From assembly GCA_045561295.1 (NCBI GenBank), contig JBJKYD010000005.1, positions 1 to 31,098 of the forward strand: 31,098 nucleotides of DNA. Direction: 5' to 3'. This stretch comes from Gammaproteobacteria bacterium. GTDB taxonomy: Bacteria > Pseudomonadota > Gammaproteobacteria > GCA-002705445 > GCA-002716945. A program made the position numbers and the translations under genes. The notes beneath the pieces were generated by a model. That model was not told the origin of the DNA, did not search any database, and saw only the letters and a program-made list of their open reading frames with translations. Of the stretch, positions 9,677 to 18,339 are shown one piece after another. Position 1 is the first letter of the stretch; the number at the start of each line of letters is the position of its first letter.

Positions 9677-10065
9677 TTAATAAAAAATATAAACCCCAAC
9701 TAATAGCAAGAGAATCAGCTGTTAAAATTTTATATCAAATGAAAATTAAAGATGATTCATTAGAGGATGTAATGTTTAGCTTTGTAGAAAAGCGAGCATA
9801 TGATAAAGAATTATTATCATCGATATTGAATATGTACATTAGTAATACTAATAAAATCACTGAGCTTTTGACTTCTAAAACAGACGTATCTTATGAAACT
9901 ATGCCTGTGCTAGATTTATGCATAATTCATTTAGGTGTATGTGAGTTTTTATTCATAAACGACTCAAAAAATATTGTTATTAACGAATATATTAATATAG
10001 CTAAAAAATATTCGTCTCCAAAAATGTATACTTTTCTTAATAAAGTACTTGATGATGCTCTGTAA
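9673..10065 (+). CDS. nusB: Transcription antitermination factor NusB
   Basis: ARESAVKILYQ, LD..IIHLGVCE, VINEYINIAKKY, FLNKVLD; ribH-nusB-thiL synteny. Confidence 0.92.
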   Translation: MINKKYKPQLIARESAVKILYQMKIKDDSLEDVMFSFVEKRAYDKELLSSILNMYISNTNKITELLTSKTDVSYETMPVLDLCIIHLGVCEFLFINDSKNIVINEYINIAKKYSSPKMYTFLNKVLDDAL

Positions 10066-10074
10066 GTATTTCTT

Positions 10075-11019
10075 ATGAAGAGTGAACAGGATTTTGTAAC
10101 TTTCTTAGAGAAGCTAAAAAGCTATAACCGTAACATTATAAAAGGCATTGGAGATGATTGTTCGATTATACGTTTCGATAAGAATAAAAAATATGTATTT
10201 ACAACAGATACTTCATTACTAGGACCTCATTTTACAAAAGACTATACTCCTGAAGAAATTGGTTATAAATGTTTAGCCACAAATATCAGTGACATTGCAT
10301 CAATGGGGTGCATACCTCTTTATGCAATGTATGCCATTACAATTCCTAAAATGTCTGAAAAATGGCTTAGAAGCTTTTATAAGGGCGCAAATAAGCTATT
10401 AAGAAAATATAAAATTTCAATTATTGGCGGGGATACAACAAGGGGGCCGCTTAGTATTACAATTCAATTGATAGGGATTCAAAATAATAAAATTCTTCAA
10501 AGAGATGGAGCTAAGGTTGGTGACGATATATATGTATCAGGGACAATTGGTAATGCAAGAGCCGCATTACTTGTGGCTAAAAAAAGCACAGGCTATAAAT
10601 ATTTTAGGAAATATTTAGTAAATCCTATTCCACGAGTGAATCTTGGTTTAGAAATCTCTAAATTCGCATCATCATGTATTGATATTTCTGATGGATTAGC
10701 AAAAGATTTAAAGAATATAGCAATGTCATCTAATAAAGGTTTCAAAGTTGACATAGACCAGATTCCAGTCACGCCTAAGCTAAACAAATACATCTTACCT
10801 AAGTATAGAGAAGAATGTATCCTAGGTGGTGGTGAAGACTATGAACTATGTTTCACTGCAAATAAAAAATATTCATTAAATATCAATAATATATCTTCTA
10901 AACTAAAATTAAATATCACTAAAATAGGAATTATTACGAATAAAGGTTATGAATATTCACAAAATGGTAAAGTTGTGAATATTAGGTCAAAGGGATACGA
11001 TCATTTCGCAGATAGTTAG
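10075..11019 (+). CDS. thiL: Thiamine-monophosphate kinase
   Basis: GIGDDC, TTD, NISDIASMG, IIGGDTT, GDDIYVSGTIG, IDISDGL, GGEDYELCFT, GYDHF. Confidence 0.96.
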   Translation: MKSEQDFVTFLEKLKSYNRNIIKGIGDDCSIIRFDKNKKYVFTTDTSLLGPHFTKDYTPEEIGYKCLATNISDIASMGCIPLYAMYAITIPKMSEKWLRSFYKGANKLLRKYKISIIGGDTTRGPLSITIQLIGIQNNKILQRDGAKVGDDIYVSGTIGNARAALLVAKKSTGYKYFRKYLVNPIPRVNLGLEISKFASSCIDISDGLAKDLKNIAMSSNKGFKVDIDQIPVTPKLNKYILPKYREECILGGGEDYELCFTANKKYSLNINNISSKLKLNITKIGIITNKGYEYSQNGKVVNIRSKGYDHFADS

Positions 11020-11601
11020 TTATTTAGTCATAATATCTACATCAAATCTGGCCAAATAATCTATGAGTTTTATCAAGGGAAGCCCCATTATTGATGATGG
11101 GTCTGCACCGTTCATTTTCCTAACTAAATTGATAGCTAAGCCCTCGATTCTAATACTTGCAGCACAGTTAAGAACATCATCATTTTCAAGATATTTATTT
11201 ATAATATTATCGTCTAAATCCTTGAAAAATATATTATAATTATTAACTGAAGCATAGTACTTACCAGTTTCTGAGTTTAATACACATAAGCCTGTTCTAA
11301 AAACAACTTTATTGCCTGAGAGCATTCTTAACTGTTTCTTTGCATTTTTTTTGGTAATTGGTTTACCGATTATTTTACCCTTTAAATCTGCTACTTCATC
11401 AGAACCTATAATTATGCTTTTCTGGTTACTACATGCAATTTTAGAAGCTTTCTCTATGGACAGTCTTTTTACATAATCTTTCACAGACTCATTATTCAAT
11501 CTCTTCTCATCTATATCTGGACTAATACATTTAAAGGATATATTAAGCTTATTAAGGAGTTGTTTTCTGAACTTTGAGCTTGATGCTAATATAACTTTCA
11601 T
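11020..11601 (-). CDS. maf: Maf-family nucleotide pyrophosphatase, YceF subtype
   Basis: ILASSSKFRKQLL, DIDE, KA, IIGSD, GKP, IMGLPL. The aromatic residue in the ASxSxF motif and C..S.RIEG fit YceF rather than YhdE; divergent from rpmF as yceF is in E. coli. Confidence 0.92.
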   Translation of the reverse strand: MKVILASSSKFRKQLLNKLNISFKCISPDIDEKRLNNESVKDYVKRLSIEKASKIACSNQKSIIIGSDEVADLKGKIIGKPITKKNAKKQLRMLSGNKVVFRTGLCVLNSETGKYYASVNNYNIFFKDLDDNIINKYLENDDVLNCAASIRIEGLAINLVRKMNGADPSSIMGLPLIKLIDYLARFDVDIMTK

Positions 11602-11660
11602 AATTTCAATACAAGATAATACAATAAAATCTATAAAAGAGTTAATTTTAGTATTAATAA

Positions 11661-11689
11661 TTGCTTGTAGGTTTATTATTGCTTAGAAT
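11661..11689 (+). promoter_or_regulatory. Putative sigma70 promoter for the rpmF-plsX-fabH operon
   Basis: TTGCTT (11661-11666), 17-nt spacer, TAGAAT (11684-11689), about 30 nt upstream of the rpmF ATG. Confidence 0.45.
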
Positions 11690-11718
11690 ACGATATCTAA
11701 ACGATATGGAACAATAAT

Positions 11719-11928
11719 ATGGCAGTACAAAAGAGCAAAAAATCAAGATCAAGACGTGATATGAGAAGATCTCACGATTCACTTACTGCATCTTCTGTAT
11801 CTTCTGATGCTACAACAGGGTCTAAACACTTGAGACATCATATTGCTAAAGACGGCTTTTACCGTGGTAAAGAGATATTTACACCAAAAGTAAAAAAACC
11901 TAAAGAAGAAACTGCCCAAGAACAGTAG
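11719..11928 (+). CDS. rpmF: 50S ribosomal protein bL32 (Cys-free type)
   Basis: [20 protein letters not shown]...HLRHHI..DGFYRG; upstream of plsX. Confidence 0.97.
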   Translation: MAVQKSKKSRSRRDMRRSHDSLTASSVSSDATTGSKHLRHHIAKDGFYRGKEIFTPKVKKPKEETAQEQ

Positions 11929-11940
11929 ACTATCCATATA

Positions 11941-12957
11941 ATGCCAGGATCTATTACGATAGCATTGGATGTAATGAGCGGAGATAACGGACCAGCTCCA
12001 GCTATAGCCGGTGCCGTTAAGTCACTTCAAAATATAAATGACCTTAGAATTATGCTAGTAGGAGACGAAAACATCATAGATCAAGGTCTTACACATACTG
12101 ATCAGTCTCTAAAAAACCGTATAACAGTCATTCATACAGAAGAATTCATAAAAATGGATGAAGATATCGTCAGTGCAATTAGAAACAAAAAAAAATCATC
12201 TATGCGACTATCAATAAATCAAGTTAAAACTAAAGATGCTCATGCATGTGTGAGCGCTGGAAATACAGGCGCATTGATGTCACTTTCTAAAATAATATTG
12301 AAAACTATTGATGGAATTGACAGACCAGCTATATGTACATCCTTACCTACAAAGAAAAATTTCATGCAGGTTCTCGACTTAGGTGCAAATATTGAATGTG
12401 ATGCGCAAAATCTTTATCAATTTGCTGTAATGGGATCATCTGTTGTAAAAAGTTTAGAGATTTCCAATAATCCTAGAGTTGGCTTATTAAACATTGGTTC
12501 TGAGGAATTTAAAGGTAAAGATGAAATAAAACTAGCTGCAGAATTACTCAATCAATCAAATTTAAACTATCAAGGCTTCGTTGAGGGTAATGGTATGTTT
12601 AGCGGTGATTATGACGTTATAGTTACAGATGGTTTTACAGGTAATATTGCATTAAAAAGTATTGAGGGCGTTGCTGGTATGATAAAACATTTTATCAAAT
12701 CTGAATATAACAAAAACTTATATAATAAGTTGTCTGCAATTGTAAGCTTGCCTGTCATGAAAGGAGTGAAGAAAAAAATGGATCCAAGGGTGTATAATGG
12801 AGCTTCATTTTTAGGGTTAAACGGTATAGTAGTAAAAAGTCATGGAAGTGCAGATGACTTTTCATATAACAATGCAATTCAGACCGCTTATTATGAGTCA
12901 AAAAATAATTTATTAGAAAATATAAAACAATATACAGCAAGAGAGCTTAATGACTAA
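11941..12957 (+). CDS. plsX: Phosphate acyltransferase PlsX
   Basis: IALDVMSGD, SAGNTGALM, GIDRPA, LDLGAN, LLNIGSEEFKG, TDGFTGNIALK, GLNGIVVKSHG. Confidence 0.97.
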   Translation: MPGSITIALDVMSGDNGPAPAIAGAVKSLQNINDLRIMLVGDENIIDQGLTHTDQSLKNRITVIHTEEFIKMDEDIVSAIRNKKKSSMRLSINQVKTKDAHACVSAGNTGALMSLSKIILKTIDGIDRPAICTSLPTKKNFMQVLDLGANIECDAQNLYQFAVMGSSVVKSLEISNNPRVGLLNIGSEEFKGKDEIKLAAELLNQSNLNYQGFVEGNGMFSGDYDVIVTDGFTGNIALKSIEGVAGMIKHFIKSEYNKNLYNKLSAIVSLPVMKGVKKKMDPRVYNGASFLGLNGIVVKSHGSADDFSYNNAIQTAYYESKNNLLENIKQYTARELND

Positions 12958-13888
12958 ATTTACAAAAATTATTTCAAGCGGAAGCTACCTCCCTAAAAAG
13001 ATTCTTACCAATAAAGAGTTAGAAAGTAGAGTTGATACCAGTGATGAGTGGATAACAGAAAGAACGGGTATAAAAGAAAGAAGAGTAGCTGATGACAGTG
13101 AAACCTCTGTAGATTTGGCTTATAACGCAGCTATAGATGCCATTAAAAAATCAGGTATAAATAAAAATGATATTGGTGCAATTTTTTTAGCTACATGTAC
13201 TCCAGAGAGAAAATTTCCAAGTACAGCCGTATTATTGCAAAATAAGCTAGATATTAAAGATGCCTTTTCTTTTGATATTAATGCTGCATGTACAGGCTTT
13301 GTGTATGCATTAGATGTTGCAAAAAAATATATTGAAACTGGACAAGTAAAGTATGCCCTTGTTGTGGGAACAGAAAAAATTACTTCACTACTAGATTGGA
13401 CCGATAGAAATACTTGTGTACTTTTTGGCGACGGCTCTGGAGCAATGATAGTAGGAGCATCAGAAAAACCTGGTATTATTTCAAGCACTATTGGGTCAGA
13501 TGGCTCTTATAAGGATCTATTAACAGTTAATACAGATCTAGAATACATTGAAATGAAGGGGAGCGATGTGTTCAAAACTGCGGTTAATACTTTAGGGAAG
13601 CTTGCAAAGCATACTCTTGAAAAAAACAATGTAGGCAAAGATGAATTAGATTGGCTCGTGCCTCATCAGGCTAATGAAAGAATAATTTTAGCTATTGCTA
13701 AAAAAATTAATCTACCCAGAGAAAAGATAATCATAACTGTAAGTAAACATGGTAATACTTCTGCTGCATCTATACCCTTAGCTTTCGATGAAGCTAACTC
13801 TAAGGGAACATTTAAAAATGGCGATATGATTATGTTGGAGGCTTTTGGAGCCGGTTTCACATGGGGATCTATTCTATTTAGATATTGA
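12950..13888 (+). CDS. fabH: Beta-ketoacyl-ACP synthase III
   Basis: DTSDEWITERTGI, AACTGF (catalytic Cys), DRNTCVLFGDG, PHQAN, GNTSAASIP, FGAGFTWG. Confidence 0.98.
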   Translation: MTKFTKIISSGSYLPKKILTNKELESRVDTSDEWITERTGIKERRVADDSETSVDLAYNAAIDAIKKSGINKNDIGAIFLATCTPERKFPSTAVLLQNKLDIKDAFSFDINAACTGFVYALDVAKKYIETGQVKYALVVGTEKITSLLDWTDRNTCVLFGDGSGAMIVGASEKPGIISSTIGSDGSYKDLLTVNTDLEYIEMKGSDVFKTAVNTLGKLAKHTLEKNNVGKDELDWLVPHQANERIILAIAKKINLPREKIIITVSKHGNTSAASIPLAFDEANSKGTFKNGDMIMLEAFGAGFTWGSILFRY

Positions 13889-14473
13889 ATGCACATCATC
13901 AAATGCAAGGTATGCAAAGAAGCTGTATCTCATCATAAGTTATTAATTAAAAAATATCCAGATTATCATTGCAGACCGGTTAGTAGCTCTGGAGATGTAG
14001 AATCAAAAATAGCTTTAATCGGTCTGGCACCCGGTCTTCATGGAGCTAACAAGACAGGTGTCCCATTTACATCTGATTTTTCAGGTGAGGTTATACGAAA
14101 GATTTTAGATAAACTCTCTCTTCAGGATATTTTTATAACAAATGCAGTACGATGTTATCCAAAAAATAATAAGCTATCCTCAATAATGATTAATAATTGT
14201 CAAAAACACACAAAAAGAGAGTTTAAAGGCTTATCTAATCTTAAGGTTGTCATCAGTCTTGGTACAACCGCTTATTATCAAATACTAAAGTTGTATAATG
14301 TAAGTCGTAAAACTCATAAATTCTATCATGGTAAGATTCTTAATTTAGATACTGGTATTAGTTTAATTGCATCTTATCATTGTAGTAAGTTAAACTTTAA
14401 TACCCATAAAATAAATCTAGTTATGTTGGAGAAAATATTTTATAAAGCAAAAGAGGTTGCATGCTGTGAATAA
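13889..14473 (+). CDS. Uracil-DNA glycosylase, family 5 (UdgB-like, probable Fe-S)
   Basis: N-terminal CxxC, family-5 motif GLAPGLHGANKTG.PFT.D, ITNAVRCYP, further Cys (NNCQ), C-terminal SYHCS..N.NT. Confidence 0.88.
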   Translation: MHIIKCKVCKEAVSHHKLLIKKYPDYHCRPVSSSGDVESKIALIGLAPGLHGANKTGVPFTSDFSGEVIRKILDKLSLQDIFITNAVRCYPKNNKLSSIMINNCQKHTKREFKGLSNLKVVISLGTTAYYQILKLYNVSRKTHKFYHGKILNLDTGISLIASYHCSKLNFNTHKINLVMLEKIFYKAKEVACCE

Positions 14474-16244
14474 ATTATTTTTAAATAACTTACCTGCTTC
14501 ACCTGGTGTTTATAAAATGCTAGATGATAATAAAGATATTATATACGTTGGCAAGGCAGGTAACTTAAAAAAAAGAGTGTCCTCATACTTTATGAGATCT
14601 AATCACTCAATTAAGAATCAAAGACTGATTGCAAAAATAAGGGATATTGACTATCAAATAACGTCTAATGAGCAAGATGCTCTTCTTTTAGAAAATAATT
14701 TAATAAAAGAATATAAGCCAAAATATAATATTCTCTTGAGAGATGATAAATCTTATCCATACATATATATGAATAAGAGTCATAGTAATCCTGGCTTTAA
14801 ATTTTTTAGAGGTAAACCATCAAAAGGCGGTCAATTATTTGGACCATACACACATGTAGTAAACGTTAGAAAAATACTTTCTATTCTTCAGAAGACATTT
14901 TTAGTTCGTTTATGTGAAGACAGCTATTATAAATCTAGAACTAAACCATGTCTTCAATATCAAATTAAGAGATGTTCTGCTCCTTGCGTTGGTTTCATCA
15001 ATGAGTCTGACTACAATAAATCTGTAGAGAGTGCAACAATGTTTCTTAAAGGTGAGACATCATCTTTGTTTGATAAATTAGAAAAAGAAATGTCGCTTGC
15101 AGCTAGCGCTAAAAATTATGAAATAGCAGCTAAATATCGAGATAACATAAAACTTATTCGTGACATAACTAGTCATTATTCTATCTTTCCAGAGGACAAG
15201 AGTATTGATTTTGTTCTATGTCTAAAAAGTGAATCTAAAATATTGGTTGACATTAATATCATTAGAAATGGAATTAATATGGGTTGTAAAAATTTTACAT
15301 TTAATAAAATAGATCATGATGATATTAATGAAACATTAACGTCATTTTTTAAACAATATTATTTAACACATGTCCCTCCTAATTTAATTATATCTAAAGA
15401 TAAAATATTAGATAAAAGCAATATTGAATCTGTAATAAATAAAAAATTTAAACAAAAATCAAAAATCTTGAATCGCATAGATAAAAAATATACAGAATTC
15501 TTGAATATATGTTTAACAAATTTACAAAATAGATCATTAAAGAATATCAAAAAAGAAAAAAATTCACTTGATAATATAAATACACAACTCAGTATTCATT
15601 CAAAATTCATTTTGTGTTTTGATGTTAGCCATATCAGTGGAAGTTCTACAGTCGGATCTGCAGTATATTTTGATAATGAAGGATTTATTAAATCAAACTA
15701 TCGAAAATATAATATTAAAAATAGTAAAAAATCTGATGATTATGGCGCTCTAAAAGAAATGATCAGACGTAGATTATTAAGAATTGACAACTATATAGAT
15801 GAACATGTTTTAATAATTGTTGATGGCGGCAAAGGACAAATTACTCAAGCAAGAAATATTATTAAAGAATTGGGTTGTAATAATGTATTTATTATTGGAA
15901 TTCATAAAGGTCTCAACAGATTAACCAAACATGATAGGATCTTGAATAATGAAAATACTGACATATCTAATGATATTAATAAGGAAGCATTTACTTTAAT
16001 ACAATTAATAAGAGACGAAGCTCACCGCTTTGCAATTCTTAATCAACGTAAAAGACATAATAAGCTAATGTTTAACTCAAAGCTCGATGGTATTCCTGGA
16101 ATAGGGGATGAAAGAAAAAAAACTATTATAAACCATTTTGGCGGTATTCAAGGTGTACTAAAGGCATCCATTAGAGAACTTAAAACTATTAATGGCATTA
16201 GTGAAAAGCTAGCTACTACAATATACACTAGTATTCATAAATGA
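14466..16244 (+). CDS. uvrC: Excinuclease ABC subunit C
   Basis: GIY-YIG domain (PGVY...YVGKA.NLKKRVSSYF), LRDDKSYPYI, Cys cluster PCLQYQIKRCSAPC, FDVSH, DDY, DGGKGQ, RDEAHRFA, HhH IPGIG. GTG 14466 after GAGG is preferred; the ORF track gives TTG 14457. Confidence 0.97.
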   Translation: MNKLFLNNLPASPGVYKMLDDNKDIIYVGKAGNLKKRVSSYFMRSNHSIKNQRLIAKIRDIDYQITSNEQDALLLENNLIKEYKPKYNILLRDDKSYPYIYMNKSHSNPGFKFFRGKPSKGGQLFGPYTHVVNVRKILSILQKTFLVRLCEDSYYKSRTKPCLQYQIKRCSAPCVGFINESDYNKSVESATMFLKGETSSLFDKLEKEMSLAASAKNYEIAAKYRDNIKLIRDITSHYSIFPEDKSIDFVLCLKSESKILVDINIIRNGINMGCKNFTFNKIDHDDINETLTSFFKQYYLTHVPPNLIISKDKILDKSNIESVINKKFKQKSKILNRIDKKYTEFLNICLTNLQNRSLKNIKKEKNSLDNINTQLSIHSKFILCFDVSHISGSSTVGSAVYFDNEGFIKSNYRKYNIKNSKKSDDYGALKEMIRRRLLRIDNYIDEHVLIIVDGGKGQITQARNIIKELGCNNVFIIGIHKGLNRLTKHDRILNNENTDISNDINKEAFTLIQLIRDEAHRFAILNQRKRHNKLMFNSKLDGIPGIGDERKKTIINHFGGIQGVLKASIRELKTINGISEKLATTIYTSIHK

Positions 16245-16798
16245 TTCTTAATTTAGCAACAATTCTTACAATTTCTAGGATTTTATTTATCCCAATAATT
16301 ATCTTCTGCTACAGTTACAGTGATGGTGAAATAAGAAACATCAGCGCTTATATTTTTCTTTTAGCATTGATAACAGATTACTTTGATGGTTTGGTAGCAA
16401 GAAATTTTAATCAAGAAACACCATTTGGAGCATTTTTAGACCCAATAGCTGATAAACTTCTTGTTGTCATAACTATTTTATTATTATCAGGAACATTCGA
16501 CTCAATATTTTTTCTTATTGCCTCGTTAATTATAGTCTCTAGAGAATTCCTGGTAATTGCTATCAGGCAGAGGTTAGCAGAAATAAGAGTATTAATACCC
16601 ATGAAAGTGAATGCCTTAGGAAAGGTCAAGACAACTTTTCAGATGATCTCTCTTTTTCTACTCCTACATCCAAATATTTCAATTGGTTTTATGAATTTAC
16701 ATGCAATAGGATTATTGTTACTATCCGTTGCTGCAGTTTTAACAGTAATCTCTTTTATTTATTATGTAAGAAATTCTTGGGATGATATACTAAGATGA
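16241..16798 (+). CDS. pgsA: CDP-diacylglycerol--glycerol-3-phosphate 3-phosphatidyltransferase
   Basis: TDYFDGLVAR...T.FGAFLDPIADK, SRE, GKVKT..QM; uvrC-pgsA-tRNA synteny. Confidence 0.96.
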   Translation: MILNLATILTISRILFIPIIIFCYSYSDGEIRNISAYIFLLALITDYFDGLVARNFNQETPFGAFLDPIADKLLVVITILLLSGTFDSIFFLIASLIIVSREFLVIAIRQRLAEIRVLIPMKVNALGKVKTTFQMISLFLLLHPNISIGFMNLHAIGLLLLSVAAVLTVISFIYYVRNSWDDILR

Positions 16799-16804
16799 TT
16801 TTAT

Positions 16805-16880
16805 GCGGGAATAGCTCAGTTGATAGAGCGCAACCTTGCCAAGGTTGAGGTCGCGGGTTTGAGCCCCGTTTCCCGCTCCA
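16805..16880 (+). tRNA. tRNA-Gly (GCC)
   Basis: 76-nt cloverleaf: acceptor GCGGGAA/TTCCCGC, D stem GCTC/GAGC, anticodon stem CAACC/GGTTG with GCC at 16838-16840, T stem GCGGG/CCCGT, U73 and encoded CCA. Atypical A19 and T56. Confidence 0.96.
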
Positions 16881-16886
16881 TTCTCT

Positions 16887-16957
16887 GGCTAAGTGGCAGA
16901 GTGGTAATGCAGCGGCCTGCAAAGCCGTCAACGCCGGTTCGATTCCGACCTTAGCCT
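16887..16957 (+). tRNA. tRNA-Cys (GCA), CCA not encoded
   Basis: Acceptor GGCTAAG/CTTAGCC, anticodon arm GCGGC-CTGCAAA-GCCGT, T loop TTCGATT, discriminator T followed by ATA rather than CCA. Confidence 0.95.
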
Positions 16958-16983
16958 ATAGATTTAAATCTATCAATTTTTTT
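16958..16983 (+). terminator. Possible weak intrinsic terminator or processing hairpin after tRNA-Cys
   Basis: Perfect 16-bp palindrome ATAGATTTAAATCTAT (16958-16973) followed by CAA and a T7 run. The stem is AT-rich, so stability is low. Confidence 0.35.
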
Positions 16984-17021
16984 AATTATTTAAGTTATAC
17001 TAAACATGAGATTCTGAATAC

Positions 17022-18284
17022 ATGGGGAAATCAATTATCTTATTCTTGGTGCTGATAGACATAGCTGTCCCTGTGGGAACCTGTATAATGTTATCTTCTA
17101 TATTTCATCCCTCTTCTATGTTTTATTTTATATTCTTTGGACTCATCACAGGAGCTCTTTTCTCTTTTTTTCAGTTTATCAATACTGATTACGATAACTT
17201 CTATTTGATTCACCTCGATCAAAAATTAAGATTAACTGTAATTTCTTGGGTCAAAGTTAGTTTTATAATGTCAGTTTATCTATTAACCTTTGCTAACATC
17301 GGTTTCATAGATATAACAGTATTATTCATTTGGTTTTTTATAAATCCGTTTACGGTTCTTGTTTTAAAATATTCGATTAAACCATATATTTCAAAATTAT
17401 CTCATTATAAATTAATCATAGTAGGAGATTCTTATAAATTTTCTGATTTTGAGATAAAAAGACTAACGAATAAAGGTTATCTAGTAGATTTTTGTGACGA
17501 GATTTCTACTGAATTTAAGAAGCATGATATTGATTCATCATTGTTTGTGATCAATCATCAAAGTCAAGATACTATTTTAAAATTTACTTCTATTATGCAG
17601 CACGGAAACATAATAAATATAGATAGATTTCTAGAACTATATTTAAGAAAACTTAGCATACACTCTAACAATGAAAACTCGTTATTTGATGTAAGGAAGT
17701 ATAGCGTCAAAAATTATCTAATAAAAAGGATCTTTGACTTTACAGCATTTTTTATATTATTTCCTCTTATGCTTGCTGTTTGTCTAACGACTTACATTGC
17801 AATGATCATACAGTCTCCTGGTAAACTAATTTTTCATCAGTCAAGAGTAGGATATAATCGTAAAAAGTTTACACTAAAAAAAATAAGAACTATGTACTAC
17901 GATAGTGAACACTCATTGTATACTGAAGACGATGATAAGCGAGTTTATCCTTTTGCAAAAATGCTAAGGAAAATGAGGCTAGATGAACTGCCCCAATTGT
18001 ACAATGTACTAATCGGAGACATGCATTTATCGGGGCCGAGACCTGAATGGGATCTGTTAGATGAAGATTATAATTTGTCTATCAAGTATTATAATCTCAG
18101 AAGTATTGTTAGACCTGGAATCACTGGTTGGGCCCAAGTTATGTTTCGTTACGGTTTAGACTCAAACGACGCATCCGAGAAGTTGATGTATGACTTATAT
18201 TATATAAAAAACTGGACAGTTTGGTTGGAGATTGAGATTTTTATAAGAACTATTAAAATAATTTTGTACAAAAAAGGTATATAA
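17022..18284 (+). CDS. Priming polyprenyl-phosphate sugar phosphotransferase (WcaJ/WbaP family)
   Basis: About four N-terminal TM helices, then a Bac_transf domain: KRIFD, RVG...F.LKKIRTM, RLDELPQLYNVL.GDM.L.GPRPE, RPGITGWAQV, DLYYIKNW. Confidence 0.92.
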   Translation: MGKSIILFLVLIDIAVPVGTCIMLSSIFHPSSMFYFIFFGLITGALFSFFQFINTDYDNFYLIHLDQKLRLTVISWVKVSFIMSVYLLTFANIGFIDITVLFIWFFINPFTVLVLKYSIKPYISKLSHYKLIIVGDSYKFSDFEIKRLTNKGYLVDFCDEISTEFKKHDIDSSLFVINHQSQDTILKFTSIMQHGNIINIDRFLELYLRKLSIHSNNENSLFDVRKYSVKNYLIKRIFDFTAFFILFPLMLAVCLTTYIAMIIQSPGKLIFHQSRVGYNRKKFTLKKIRTMYYDSEHSLYTEDDDKRVYPFAKMLRKMRLDELPQLYNVLIGDMHLSGPRPEWDLLDEDYNLSIKYYNLRSIVRPGITGWAQVMFRYGLDSNDASEKLMYDLYYIKNWTVWLEIEIFIRTIKIILYKKGI

Positions 18285-18339
18285 AAAATTTATCTCTTTC
18301 AAACTATGATAATATAACTCCCATTAAATATTGGATAGT

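Noticed and set aside
11690-11707. ACGATAT direct repeat with 11-bp period upstream of rpmF
   Set aside because: Only two 7-mers and no match to an operator I can name; cannot be separated from chance.
16933-16949. C-A mismatch in the tRNA-Cys T stem
   Set aside because: The same GCCGG/CCGAC arm is recalled from other gammaproteobacterial tRNA-Cys genes, so it is not evidence of decay.
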